The notes beneath the pieces are model-generated. The model searched no databases. It was not told where the DNA came from and saw only the letters and a program-made list of their open reading frames with translations. A stretch of 64,000 nt of DNA from a plasmid. Shown here one piece after another: positions 45,854-55,931 of the stretch. The stretch's first letter is position 1. Each line of letters begins with the position of its first letter. The stretch is taken from sequence record NZ_CP043850.1; one strand, written 5' to 3'. Both the position numbers and the translations under genes were made by a program.

Positions 45854-48120
45854 TTCGAGGCGACGCTCGTGAACCCGCGCAGGCGGAGGCTGTTGCCGAC
45901 GACGAAGACGCTGGAGAACGCCATCGCCGCACCTGCGAGCATGGGGTTGAGCATGCCGAGCGCAGCGACCGGGATCGCGGCGGTGTTGTAAGCGAATGCC
46001 CAGAACAGGTTGGTCTTGATCGTCGACAGGGTCTTCCTGGACAGGCGGATCGCGTCGACGGCGGCCCGCAGGTCACCGCGCACGAGCGTGATGTCGGAGG
46101 CCTCGATCGCGACGTCCGTGCCGGTGCCCATCGCGAGGCCCAGGTCGGCCTGCGCGAGCGCGGGGGCGTCGTTGACGCCGTCGCCGACCATCGCGACGAT
46201 CTTGCCCTCTTCCTGGAGGCGGGTGACGACGTCGACCTTGTCCTTGGGTAGCACTTCGGCGATGACCTCGTCGATGCCGACCTCGGACGCGATCTGGCGG
46301 GCCACGGCCTCGTTGTCACCGGTGAGCAGCACCGGGGTCAGGCCGATCTCCTTGAGCCCGCGGATCGCCTCGGCGCTCGTGGGCTTGACGGTGTCGGCGA
46401 CGACCAGGATGCCACGCGCAGCACCGTCCCAGCCGATCGCGACGACCGTCTTGCCCTCGCCCTCGGCCTGGGCCTTCGCCTGTGCGACCTCCGGAGAGAG
46501 CTTCTGCGACCAGTCCGCCAGCAGAGACTCGCGGCCGACGACGACCGGGGTCCCCTCGACGATGCCCTGCACGCCCTTGCCCTCGACATTGGCGAAGTCC
46601 TCTGGAGTAGGCAGCTGGCCGACTTCCTGGGTCGCGCCCTTGGCGATCGCCTGCGCAATCGGATGCTCGGAAGAGTCTTCCAGTGCACCGGCGAAACGCA
46701 GCAGCTCCGCACGATCCACACCGGGCTCAGTGATCACGTCGGTCAGAGTCATCTTGCCGCTGGTGACGGTGCCGGTCTTATCGAGCACGACGGTGTCGAC
46801 CTTGCGAGTGGACTCCAGCACCTCCGGACCCTTGATGAGGACGCCCATCTGCGCACCGCGCCCGGTGCCGACGAGCAGCGCGGTCGGGGTTGCCAGACCC
46901 AGCGCGCAGGGGCAGGCGATGACGAGCACGGCGACCGCTGCGGTGAACGCGGCGGCGACGGGGAACCCGCCTCCCAGCCAGGCGCCGAGGGTGATGAACG
47001 CGACGACGATGACGATCGGCACGAAGATGCCGGAGATGCGATCGGCCAGACGCTGCACCTCGGCCTTGCCGGTCTGCGCGTCCTCGACGAGCTTCGCCAT
47101 CTGTGCGAGCTGTGTGTCCGAACCCACACGAGTCGCCCGCACGACCAGGCGGCCGCCGGCGTTGACGGTGGCACCGGTGACCGAGTCGCCCTCGCGGACC
47201 TCGACCGGCACGGACTCGCCGGTGAGCATCGAGGCGTCCACCGCGGAGGAGCCGGAGGTCACGAGACCGTCGGTGGCGATCTTCTCGCCTGGACGGACGA
47301 TGAACTCGTCGCCGACCGCCAGCTCAGAGGTGGGGATCTTCACCTCTACGCCGTCGCGGAGTACGGCGACTTCCTTCGCGCCCAGCTCCAGGAGGGCGCG
47401 CAGCGCGGCCCCGGCCTGGCGCTTGGATCGCTTCTCGAAGTAGCGGCCGGCGAGGATGAACATCGTCACGCCCGCGCCGACTTCGAGGTAGATGTTCGCC
47501 GCGCCATCCGACGGAGCGATCGTGAACTCGAAGGGGTGCGTCATGCCGGGAGTGCCGGCAGTGCCGAGGAAGAGCGCGTAGAGCGACCAGAGCAGTGCGA
47601 CGGAGGTGCCCATCGAGATGAGCGTGTCCATCGTCGCCGCACCGTGCTTGAGGTTTGTCCACGCCGCCTTGTGGAACGGCCAAGCTCCCCAGATGATCAC
47701 CGGTGCGGCCAGGGCGAGTGAGGCCCACTGCCAATACGTGAACTGCAGCGCGGGGATCATCGCCATCGCGATTACGGGAACAGTGAGCACGATCGCGCCG
47801 ATCAGCCGATGCCGCAGCGAGGTGAGCTCACTGTCTTCCTCCTCCCCGGCCTCGGTCTCCGACGTGTTCGCCGTAGTGTCCTTGGGCTTGGGCAGTGCGG
47901 CCGTGTACCCGGTCTTCTCGACCTCGGCGACCAGCAGTGACGGATCGTAGCCGGCAGGCACGGTGACCTTAGCCTTCTCAGTGGCGTAGTTGACGGTGGC
48001 CGCGACGCCATCGAGCTTGTTCAGCTTCTTCTCGATCCGGTTCGCGCAGGAGGCGCAGGTCATCCCGCCGATCTCCAACTCGATGTCCGGCCCACCCGTT
48101 GGGGGCGCTGATGTGCTCAT
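45850..48120 (-). CDS. copA: copper-translocating P1B-1-type ATPase CopA
   Basis: HMA domain [15 protein letters not shown]; CPC motif; [13 protein letters not shown]. Confidence 0.9.
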   Translation of the reverse strand: MSTSAPPTGGPDIELEIGGMTCASCANRIEKKLNKLDGVAATVNYATEKAKVTVPAGYDPSLLVAEVEKTGYTAALPKPKDTTANTSETEAGEEEDSELTSLRHRLIGAIVLTVPVIAMAMIPALQFTYWQWASLALAAPVIIWGAWPFHKAAWTNLKHGAATMDTLISMGTSVALLWSLYALFLGTAGTPGMTHPFEFTIAPSDGAANIYLEVGAGVTMFILAGRYFEKRSKRQAGAALRALLELGAKEVAVLRDGVEVKIPTSELAVGDEFIVRPGEKIATDGLVTSGSSAVDASMLTGESVPVEVREGDSVTGATVNAGGRLVVRATRVGSDTQLAQMAKLVEDAQTGKAEVQRLADRISGIFVPIVIVVAFITLGAWLGGGFPVAAAFTAAVAVLVIACPCALGLATPTALLVGTGRGAQMGVLIKGPEVLESTRKVDTVVLDKTGTVTSGKMTLTDVITEPGVDRAELLRFAGALEDSSEHPIAQAIAKGATQEVGQLPTPEDFANVEGKGVQGIVEGTPVVVGRESLLADWSQKLSPEVAQAKAQAEGEGKTVVAIGWDGAARGILVVADTVKPTSAEAIRGLKEIGLTPVLLTGDNEAVARQIASEVGIDEVIAEVLPKDKVDVVTRLQEEGKIVAMVGDGVNDAPALAQADLGLAMGTGTDVAIEASDITLVRGDLRAAVDAIRLSRKTLSTIKTNLFWAFAYNTAAIPVAALGMLNPMLAGAAMAFSSVFVVGNSLRLRGFTSVASK

Positions 48121-48166
48121 CCTCTTCCTTCTTTCTCAGCTCTCGTGCGACGCCGGGCCCTGCGGG

Positions 48167-49108
48167 TCAGTGGCCGTCGGAATGCGAATCGTCTGTCTTC
48201 GTGCCGTCACCATGCTCGGCGTCGATCACGAACTCGGCGGTGTGCACCTGCCCGTCGACCTGGAAGTCCAGGTAGAGCAGGTAACGGTCGGCGGTCGGGG
48301 CCTCCGCTGCGAATCCGATGTCGGGTCCGGCCGTGTCCCCGGCCTGGGGCTGGTCGCCCTCGGCGTGGACGTGCAGGTAGGCGAGGTCACCCTCGCGCAG
48401 CGCCACTAAGTGGCCGAACGCGCCCAGGTAAGGCTCCAGCGTGGTCACCGGCTGACCGTCACGCTCGACCGAGATGGTGAGCTCGCTTGAGGTGCCCGCA
48501 GTGAGGTCGCCGTTGAGGGAGACGGTGTATCCGTCGACCTCGTCGGTGGGCTGCGCCTCGGTCTCGACAGGGGTGAAGTCGCCCGCGACCTCGATTGCGC
48601 GGGTGAGAGTGATGCCTTCGGCTTCCTCGCCCGCGGGTGTGAAGTCGGCGTACACGCGGTAGGTGCCCGCCTCGTCCCAGGTCCACGGCACCGACCAGGT
48701 GCCTGTGCTCGTGTCGAGTTCGGGGTGCACGTGCTGGAAGCCGGCGCCGTCGGTGCGCACGGCGATCAGGTGCAGGTCCTTCTCGTGCGCGGTGGTGTAT
48801 TCGGTCACCGGTTCGCCGGACTCGTCGAGGATCTGGAAGCTCAGGTCTCCATCCTCGCCTGCGGCCGTGGGGGCCTGGACCGGAGAGAGCACGAAGCCGT
48901 CCGCGCTTGCGGAGACCCCGTTCAGAGCGGGCTCCGCGGTTTCCTGCGCAGCGTCGCCGTGCCCTTCACCGTGTGCGTTCACGCCGCTTCCTTCTGCCCA
49001 TGCTGCTGCGAAGCTATCGGGAATGACGGCGCCGGCGAGGCCGAAGGCCCCGCCGAACGCCACCACCAACCCGGCCCCGTAGAGCGCGAGCCGTCCTCCG
49101 GCCTTCAT
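48167..49108 (-). CDS. secreted acidic protein with His-containing motifs, putative metal-binding (hypothetical)
   Basis: signal peptide; lies between copZ and copA in the same operon. Confidence 0.45.
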   Translation of the reverse strand: MKAGGRLALYGAGLVVAFGGAFGLAGAVIPDSFAAAWAEGSGVNAHGEGHGDAAQETAEPALNGVSASADGFVLSPVQAPTAAGEDGDLSFQILDESGEPVTEYTTAHEKDLHLIAVRTDGAGFQHVHPELDTSTGTWSVPWTWDEAGTYRVYADFTPAGEEAEGITLTRAIEVAGDFTPVETEAQPTDEVDGYTVSLNGDLTAGTSSELTISVERDGQPVTTLEPYLGAFGHLVALREGDLAYLHVHAEGDQPQAGDTAGPDIGFAAEAPTADRYLLYLDFQVDGQVHTAEFVIDAEHGDGTKTDDSHSDGH

Positions 49109-49317
49109 CAGACGCGCACCGCCGAGTAGCCGGCCTCCTCGACCGCCGCGAGGACCTTGGCGTCGTCGATCTCGCCCTCGGCGGTGACGTTGAGCTTGCC
49201 GGTCTGCGCGCTGACTTGGATGTCCTGGACGCCGGGGATCTCGCTGACCTCCTCGCGGATCGACATCTCGCAGTGGCCGCAGGTCATGCCCGTCACCTGG
49301 TAATCGTTCGAAGCCAT
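49108..49317 (-). CDS. copZ: copper chaperone CopZ (heavy-metal-associated domain)
   Basis: motif MTCGHCEMSIREEV. Confidence 0.85.
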   Translation of the reverse strand: MASNDYQVTGMTCGHCEMSIREEVSEIPGVQDIQVSAQTGKLNVTAEGEIDDAKVLAAVEEAGYSAVRV

Positions 49318-49354
49318 CAGGTGTCCTCCTTGTATGTCGGGTTGTACGTCGGGA

Positions 49355-49371
49355 GTACCCCTACCGGGTAC
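49355..49371. promoter_or_regulatory. CsoR-type operator palindrome GTACCCCTACCGGGTAC upstream of the copZ-copA-csoR operon
   Basis: dyad read in sequence; followed by the shared GTACTAGTCAA segment. Confidence 0.55.
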
Positions 49372-49787
49372 GTGTACTAGTCAAACGTATACCCATGTCA
49401 GGTATTCCGCAAGGAGGGAGGCGATCGTGTGAGCTGCATTGCGCAAGTGCTGCAAACAATGGTTGGAGCGTCCGAGGTGTGCCTTGTGGTGCACCGATGC
49501 TGCGGGGCGATCCGCTGGGTTCTGGCGCTGCGCGTCGGAGAGTAGTGACCCCTCGGCTCATCAGAACCGTGGACTGCCTTGCCGCATCGACGAAGGCAGC
49601 GAAGACTGGTACGAAACCGACTCGCGCCCAGACCCGTCAGTGAGTGGGGTCAACGCTCGGGAAGCGCGGTGCCGGAGACCCCAGGCAGGGGTCTCTGACG
49701 GTGACCCTGGTGAAGGCGCGCGGGCGCAGCAGCACGGGGACAGTCAGTGGCCGGGCCGATCCCGTGGAGGACGTCGTCACCCTCGGG

Positions 49788-49856
49788 GTTGTCGAGATGC
49801 AGCAAAGACTGCACGCGACTCGCCGTGAACCGTTCGGAGAGGGGGCGGGATCCGGT
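49788..49856 (+). repeat. cassette-boundary repeat, A form, copy 4 (GTTGTCGAGATGCAGCAAAGACTGCACGCGACTCGCCGTGAACCGTTCGGAGAGGGGGCGGGATCCGGT)
   Basis: ~75 bp homology with copy 1, including the GGCGGGATCCGGT tail. Confidence 0.75.
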
Positions 49857-49942
49857 GTGTGAGGGAGCCTGGCCGGACGCCCCTGCCGTGCTGGGGCGGG
49901 GAGCAGGCTGGGGTATCGAGTCGACAACTCTAGGCTGTCACC

Positions 49943-50299
49943 GTGACCACTGTTTTAGATCACCTCCGCGCTGATGACCGCGAGCACGTCGGGTACATCG
50001 AGATGACCGACGAAGGCCTCTTCATCCCCTACGACCTCCTGCGTCGGCGATGCGGTGAACCCATGGAGTCGACCGAGGCCGAAGAACTGCTTGACACCGT
50101 CGGTTTGCAGGCGTTGGGCGAACAGTGGCTGCTTCGCACCGAGGGTGACGCATGGGTGCCCGTGGGCATCCAGGAGTTCTCACGAGAGGCCGTCACAGTG
50201 GCGCCGCGGCTCGATGACAGGGCGGTGGCCAAGGCGCCGGATCTCACCGCGACGGTGATGTTGTCGTTGCCGACGGATCGGCTCCGTTCCGCCGAATGA
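49943..50299 (+). CDS. hypothetical protein
   Basis: 118-aa ORF. Confidence 0.4.
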   Translation: MTTVLDHLRADDREHVGYIEMTDEGLFIPYDLLRRRCGEPMESTEAEELLDTVGLQALGEQWLLRTEGDAWVPVGIQEFSREAVTVAPRLDDRAVAKAPDLTATVMLSLPTDRLRSAE

Positions 50300-50317
50300 G
50301 GCTGGGCGGTTCCCTTC

Positions 50318-51064
50318 TCAGGCGAAGATCTCCCGCAAGGGTGTCCACCCCACGGGAAGCGGCCCGCAGATGGCGGCTCGTTGCCTGTCTGCCTCATGGG
50401 ACCAGCCCTGAGCTTGTCCCGGGCTGCCGACCAGACCCCGGGCCAGGCGGAGTCCCACGTCCTCCAGGACGGCGTCCGGGGCGCTGCCCCGGCGCACTGA
50501 GGCGCGCACGCTCCAGGGTTCATCCGCCCAGCCACCCCCGCGCAGACTGCGGTAGTCGCCGTAGCGGGCGGGATCGGCGTAGTCCCAGCACCATTCCCAG
50601 ATGTTGCCGAGCATGTCGTGCAGACCGTGCGGGTTGGCTTTCTTCATGCCGACGGGCTGGGGGCCCTCAAGGTGGTCGAGGCTGGTCCAGGCGATGTCTT
50701 CAAGCGGCCCGTAGGTGGGCGAGGTCGTTCCGGCGCGGCAGGCGTACTCCCACTCGGCCTCGGTGGGCAATCGGTACCCGTCAGCGCTCGTGTTCCAGGT
50801 GACGGAGCGTCCGTCCCCAGCATGCGTGTAGGCCGGCTGCAGCTCTTCAGCATTGGATAGCTCGTTGCAGAGGTTGATGGTCTCGAACCATGTCAGAGGC
50901 GTGAGCGGGCGTCCGGTGCTCCGGTCACGGAGGGGGTGCACGGCCATCTCGAAGGGCTCCAGTTCCACATCCCGTGTGGTCCCGCGACGGGCGTCACGCA
51001 GGGTGATTTTTCCCGAAGACAGGGTGGCCATGGAGGGCTGGTTCATGGCGTCAGCGTCGCACAC
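50318..51064 (-). CDS. formylglycine-generating-enzyme (FGE/SUMF1)-family protein
   Basis: motifs WEYACRAGTTSPTYG, GLHDMLGNIWEWCWDY, RSLRGGGW. Confidence 0.8.
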   Translation of the reverse strand: MCDADAMNQPSMATLSSGKITLRDARRGTTRDVELEPFEMAVHPLRDRSTGRPLTPLTWFETINLCNELSNAEELQPAYTHAGDGRSVTWNTSADGYRLPTEAEWEYACRAGTTSPTYGPLEDIAWTSLDHLEGPQPVGMKKANPHGLHDMLGNIWEWCWDYADPARYGDYRSLRGGGWADEPWSVRASVRRGSAPDAVLEDVGLRLARGLVGSPGQAQGWSHEADRQRAAICGPLPVGWTPLREIFA

Positions 51065-51133
51065 GGGCTGACTGGAGAACCACGAGCTGCACCCGGACAG
51101 GGTTCAACTGTCAATACCTAAGTGGCTCGTGGT

Positions 51134-51206
51134 CGTATGAAACATATTTGCGCGTTTGTGAAATCTTCGCTGCATCTCGACAGGTGTCCATGCCAGAACC
51201 GGCGCC
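51134..51206 (-). repeat. cassette-boundary repeat, B form, copy 5 (CGTATGAAACATATTTGCGCGTTTGTGAAATCTTCGCTGCATCTCGACA..CCGGCGCC)
   Basis: inverted relative to the A copy at 49788; reverse complement shares the core and the GGCGCCGGTT segment with copy 1. Confidence 0.8.
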
Positions 51207-51477
51207 AGTCTGAGGCGTGATCTCCCGCCCCATCCCTGAGGGAAATGAGGCAGGAAGTCGCGGGATATTTCCCTCTGGAACGGGCTGGCCTGGAGGTGGT
51301 CGCTTGCGTCCGTTCGACTGCGTCGCTCAGCCGCAAGCGTACCCCCCATGTCAAGCGCGTGGAAGGGGGTGGGACCGGATCTGCCCTGGACGAGGGACAT
51401 CACGGCGAGGATCGGGCCTTCTGGCTGGTGAGGGGCCCGTGCCCCGCGGTCATCGTCAAGAAGTGGAAGGGCAGAAG

Positions 51478-53640
51478 ATGAGCACCTCCGTGCAAGCCCC
51501 TGTGGGGCACGTGGAAGTTGACGCCGGCATTCGCCGCCTTGTCCCGCAGCCCCAGCCGATGCGGTACGTGGGGGTGGCCACTGGGCTGGGAGCGTGCGCG
51601 TGCGTGGGGATGGGCATCCTCTCGATGGGCGACCCGTCGGCGGCGTATGGGATCGGTGGAGCTTCGGCCGTGGTCTCGGCCGGAGCTCTCGTGGCGGGGG
51701 AGCGCTCGCGGCAGCGCGCGGAGATCGCGGATCACCTCACCGAACAGGTCTGCCCGGCGATGGCGCTGGGGCGTCCGGCGCGGGCCGCGGTTCGGCTCTC
51801 GAAGTGGTCGGGTGGGTTCGTGGGGCAGCCGGCGAGGGTGCAGCTGATCTATCACGCCTCGGTGGTGCCGGACCTGGAGTGGCTGGGGAAGGTGGTCCAC
51901 ATCGTGCAGACCAGCCTGGGCGGCCGGTACACCGTGGCCAAGCACCACGAGCGCAAGCACAGGTTGTGGTTGGAGATGGTGCCCGAGGAGGCCGGTCAGG
52001 GGCCCGAGCAGGCGCCGGTGGTGGAGCGGACCACCACGGTGGTTCAGGAGCTGCTGGGGGAGTCCGCGCGGGTGCAGGTCGATCTGGACGAGGACGGGCA
52101 GGCCCAGCGGATCACGGTGCGCCACAACCAGGGCACCAACATGGCCTTCGGGAACAAGCGCCAGAGGGTGGAACGGGTGATGGCCACGCGCATCCCGGGG
52201 GACTGGGTGCCGAAGTGGGATCTGCAGAACGATGTGGTCGAGTTCGTCACCCGGGTGCCGATGCCTACCCTGGTGCTGCCGCCTACGGCGCACTCCCCGC
52301 TGGCCACCACCCATGAGGACTACTCGGATTTCCAGATCCCGCTGGGCATCGACGAAGACAACGAGCAGCTGTCCTGGACCCCGCGGAAACAGCCCCACGC
52401 CGTGGTGGTAGGCACGACGGGCTCTGGAAAAACCGTGGTGCAGCACAACGTGGTGCAGCGGGTGACCCAGGCCGGCTGGCGGGTCTGGATTCTCGACGGC
52501 AAGCGCATCGAGTTCATCGGATTCCGGCACTGGCCGAACGTGGAGCGGATCGCCTCCCGCATCGAGCACCAGGTGAAGATGATCTACGACGCCCACCAGC
52601 TGATGGAGGAGCGGTACGGGCTGATCGAACAGGGCGAAGCCACTGTCGCTGACTTCGAGCCCCTGGTGCTCGTGATCGACGAGGCCACCACGTTCCTCGA
52701 AGGCGCGGACCGCTGGTGGAAGGAGGTCAAGCCCAAGGGCGGCACGGCCAAGGCCCCCTGCCTCGGGTTGATCGCCGACATCGCCCGCCTGGGCCGCTCA
52801 GCGAAGATCCACATGCTCATCGGACTGCAGCGCCCGGACACCGCGTTCATCTCCGGTGAGATGCGCGACAACCTGTCCATGCGCGTGGCCATGAGCAGGC
52901 TCAGCCCCGACGGGGCCAAGATGATGTGGGAGTCCTACGCCATCGGCACCGCCATCCCCCGGCACATCAAGGGCCGGGGTATGGCGATGAACGCCGCCGG
53001 CGTTCCGGTGCAGATCCAGACCATCTACGCCCCCAACCCCGACCCGGGCTCTCCCGACTTCGACCCGGCCAAGACCGCCGCGGTGCGCCCGCGCACCCTG
53101 CTGCACAAGAAGATGCTCGTGGAGATCCTCGAACCGGCCCCGGATCTCGACGATGAGGTCCAGCCGCTGGGGTACTGGGACTACATGCAGGCCCGGGTGT
53201 ACGAGGACCCTGACCAGCCCGAGGTGCAGGGCCCTGCGATTGCTGGGGCTCAGCCGCCGGCCGCCGCCCTGGCGGCGCTGCGCTCTTTGAACACCGGCCC
53301 GGCGGCAGTGTCCGAGCAGCAGGAGGGGGGGTCGAGCTCGCCGGTGATCGCCGAGCGAGCTGCTGCTGCGGTTGATCCCGGGACGTACCAGGGCGCCGAG
53401 GACGACGACTTCGAGGGCTATGGGGAGGAGTCGGTCTGCGCAGCTGGCGAGCTCGAGCCGGGGGACCTGGCCCAGGTCGATCCCGACGGCGGGTGGGTGG
53501 TGATCACCGAGTACCCCGAGGCCGACGGGGACGACGTCTATCTGGAGTACACCGACCGGTTCACCGGCGAACCGGCGACCTGCACCATCTCCGCCCAGGA
53601 GATGGTGCCGACCATGCATGTGATGCAGGAGGAGAACTGA
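51478..53640 (+). CDS. FtsK/SpoIIIE-family DNA translocase (TcpA/TraB-like coupling protein)
   Basis: start MSTSVQAPVGH; Walker A VVVGTTGSGKT; Walker B LVLVIDEATTF. Confidence 0.85.
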   Translation: MSTSVQAPVGHVEVDAGIRRLVPQPQPMRYVGVATGLGACACVGMGILSMGDPSAAYGIGGASAVVSAGALVAGERSRQRAEIADHLTEQVCPAMALGRPARAAVRLSKWSGGFVGQPARVQLIYHASVVPDLEWLGKVVHIVQTSLGGRYTVAKHHERKHRLWLEMVPEEAGQGPEQAPVVERTTTVVQELLGESARVQVDLDEDGQAQRITVRHNQGTNMAFGNKRQRVERVMATRIPGDWVPKWDLQNDVVEFVTRVPMPTLVLPPTAHSPLATTHEDYSDFQIPLGIDEDNEQLSWTPRKQPHAVVVGTTGSGKTVVQHNVVQRVTQAGWRVWILDGKRIEFIGFRHWPNVERIASRIEHQVKMIYDAHQLMEERYGLIEQGEATVADFEPLVLVIDEATTFLEGADRWWKEVKPKGGTAKAPCLGLIADIARLGRSAKIHMLIGLQRPDTAFISGEMRDNLSMRVAMSRLSPDGAKMMWESYAIGTAIPRHIKGRGMAMNAAGVPVQIQTIYAPNPDPGSPDFDPAKTAAVRPRTLLHKKMLVEILEPAPDLDDEVQPLGYWDYMQARVYEDPDQPEVQGPAIAGAQPPAAALAALRSLNTGPAAVSEQQEGGSSSPVIAERAAAAVDPGTYQGAEDDDFEGYGEESVCAAGELEPGDLAQVDPDGGWVVITEYPEADGDDVYLEYTDRFTGEPATCTISAQEMVPTMHVMQEEN

Positions 53641-53942
53641 TGGCACAGGACAACGGACAGCTGGACCCCGCGGAGACCATGGCGATGGTCTTCATGGGCA
53701 TGCTCATCCTGGGCTCAGGGGCCGGGGCCGCGCTGGCCGCGCGGTTCCTGACCCCCGTGCAGCAGGCACTGCTCGAGTACGGCGTGCTCGTGCCAGCCGG
53801 AGAGGCAGCGTTCCCCCTGGGAGAGACCGGCCTGGGCGTGCCGTTGTGGGTGGCCCTGACCCTGGTGCTGGTGCTGGTGGCAGGCATGGGCCTGATGTTC
53901 TACGTGTTCGCGCGCAAGCGGGCTGCGCAGGCCCAGCGCTGA
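53640..53942 (+). CDS. small membrane protein (two TM helices), coupled to the FtsK-like gene (ATGA overlap)
   Basis: start MAQDNGQLDP in the frame of ORF 53493..53942. Confidence 0.55.
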   Translation: MAQDNGQLDPAETMAMVFMGMLILGSGAGAALAARFLTPVQQALLEYGVLVPAGEAAFPLGETGLGVPLWVALTLVLVLVAGMGLMFYVFARKRAAQAQR

Positions 53943-54045
53943 GGGCGTCTGCCCCACCTGATGATTCTGATGGCCGCTCGGGACATCCCGGGCGGCCATC
54001 GGGCTTTCTGCCAGAGGAAGCAGGTCGAGCAGAAGAGGTGGGCAG

Positions 54046-55278
54046 ATGTGCAGGGCGGCGGGATCACCGGGGGCACCGCATGGCAGGCGGTGCAACCTCT
54101 CCCAGCACAAGCGGGACGCTGCGCAGCAGCGGCGTCGGGAGAACCGGGCCATCGCCCAGCAGATCAACCGCTGGGCCAAGGACGCCGGCCGGGGAGACGA
54201 GCTCGCAGCGCTGCAGGCCGCGCGCAAGCCGGTGAACGAGATCAAGGAGTGGGCGGAGGCTGCAGGGGCGCCGACGGCGGTGTACGCCCGGGCTGCGGCG
54301 CCGGCGAAGAAGGGCTGGGCTGCCCGGGCCGAGAAGGTGGACGCCGCGGCGCAGGCGGTCCCCTCGGCACAACGGCCGCAGCCGCAGCGACCGGCGCCCA
54401 TCGCCCGCAAGAAGGACCCGGCCGTCCAGACGCTCTCGCCTGAAGAGCGCGCCGAGGCGGCACGCCGGAGTCTGGAGGCGCAGGAGCGAGAGGAGCTGAC
54501 GGGCCAGTTCGGTGCGGAAGAGGCTGAGCGCATCCAGCGGTTGCGTGCTCGGCAGGGCGCAGACGCCCAGGAGCAGCAGCTGCTGGCCACACACGAGGCG
54601 CACGAGAACACCTCCAGCTACCTCGGAGGCGTCAACGACGTGAAGCAGCTGCGGTACAACGACGGCACGATCGGCTACTTCAAGGGCTACGACGACATCG
54701 ACTCCAGCACCGCCCTCGCCTACGGGCACAACAGCTCCTACCTGCAGCCCACCCATGAGGTGGCCGCCTCCCAGTTCGCACAAGCCCTGGGGCCGCGGTA
54801 CGGGGCGCTGGTGCCGCCGGCCGTGATCGCCGAGTACGACGGGCAGTGGGGGTCGATCTCCTACGGGGTGCCCGGCCAGCCGGTGCGCACCATGCCCCAG
54901 CTGAGCAAGCTCAACGAGCACTCCTCCCAGGCCAGCGACCTCGCCTTCTTCGACTGCCTGATCGGACAAGTCGACCGCCACGGCGGCAACGTGCTGATGG
55001 ACCGCCGCGGGATCAGCGCCATCGACCACGGCTTCGCCTTCACCGACGGCGTCGGCGGGGTCAACGCCTCCCTGTTCGTCATGGCCCGATCAAAGAACAG
55101 CGCCGACGCCCGTCTCACCCCGGAGGAGCGCCAGGTCCTGCAGCGGTTCCTGGACTCCGGCGACGGCCTGGGCCTACGCGGAACGATCCAGGATGACCGC
55201 TTTTTCGAGGTCCGCCGGCGGGCCAAGCTCATGCTGACCAAGGGGAGGGTCTTCGCGCTCGAAGAGCTCTACAGATAA
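54046..55278 (+). CDS. protein with a C-terminal PI3/PI4-kinase-like catalytic region (DRHGGN catalytic loop and IDHG activation-loop motif) and an Ala/Arg/Glu-rich N-terminal half
   Basis: CLIGQVDRHGGNVLMD...ISAIDHGFAFTD seen in the translation. Confidence 0.5.
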   Translation: MCRAAGSPGAPHGRRCNLSQHKRDAAQQRRRENRAIAQQINRWAKDAGRGDELAALQAARKPVNEIKEWAEAAGAPTAVYARAAAPAKKGWAARAEKVDAAAQAVPSAQRPQPQRPAPIARKKDPAVQTLSPEERAEAARRSLEAQEREELTGQFGAEEAERIQRLRARQGADAQEQQLLATHEAHENTSSYLGGVNDVKQLRYNDGTIGYFKGYDDIDSSTALAYGHNSSYLQPTHEVAASQFAQALGPRYGALVPPAVIAEYDGQWGSISYGVPGQPVRTMPQLSKLNEHSSQASDLAFFDCLIGQVDRHGGNVLMDRRGISAIDHGFAFTDGVGGVNASLFVMARSKNSADARLTPEERQVLQRFLDSGDGLGLRGTIQDDRFFEVRRRAKLMLTKGRVFALEELYR

Positions 55279-55308
55279 GATTAGGCAAGATCAACATAAG
55301 GAGGGGCC

Positions 55309-55563
55309 ATGCCCACCATCACCATCCGCGAGCTAGACGCCCACGGCGACGCGCAAGAGGTCGCCTGGGTTCACATCGACGGCGACCAGGTCACCATCAA
55401 GGACCCCGAGGGCCACCTTGACACCTCTGTGCCCACCCCCGTCATCGACGACCTCGGCCGCGGCGACCGTCGCCGCGTTCGTTTCGAGGAGGACCAGAAG
55501 CTGTGGGCCTGGAACCTGCCCTACCTGCTGCGCGGGCCCTACCTGCTGGCCACTCGCGCCTGA
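55309..55563 (+). CDS. small hypothetical protein
   Basis: 84-aa ORF; SD-like AAGGAGG upstream. Confidence 0.5.
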   Translation: MPTITIRELDAHGDAQEVAWVHIDGDQVTIKDPEGHLDTSVPTPVIDDLGRGDRRRVRFEEDQKLWAWNLPYLLRGPYLLATRA

Positions 55564-55688
55564 GCCCTCGGCAAGGAGGGGACGTGTCGCCAAGATGCGA
55601 CGCTTGCACCGCTCGCGCCAGACATGTATAGTTGGACATGTCAGCGGGGCCCAGCAGGGGCCCTGCACCCCAGTGAAGGGAGCCGGCC

Positions 55689-55931
55689 ATGCCGCGCAAC
55701 ATCGAAGACCGGATCTACAACCTCACCGCCCCGGATGCCGCCGACATCGAGTGCACCTGCCCGACCTGCGGCGCCGTGGACTACGTGACCGTCACCGAGG
55801 AGGAGGGTGACCGCCTGATCGACGGCGAGCTGATCCAGGATGTCCTGCCCCATCGCTCCATCGTGGAGCGCGAGCGCATCATCTCCGGCATGTGCCCGAC
55901 CTGCCAGGACGTGCTGACCCCGGCCGCATGA
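55689..55931 (+). CDS. small zinc-ribbon protein (CxxC...CxxC)
   Basis: CTCPTCG ... CPTCQ. Confidence 0.5.
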   Translation: MPRNIEDRIYNLTAPDAADIECTCPTCGAVDYVTVTEEEGDRLIDGELIQDVLPHRSIVERERIISGMCPTCQDVLTPAA

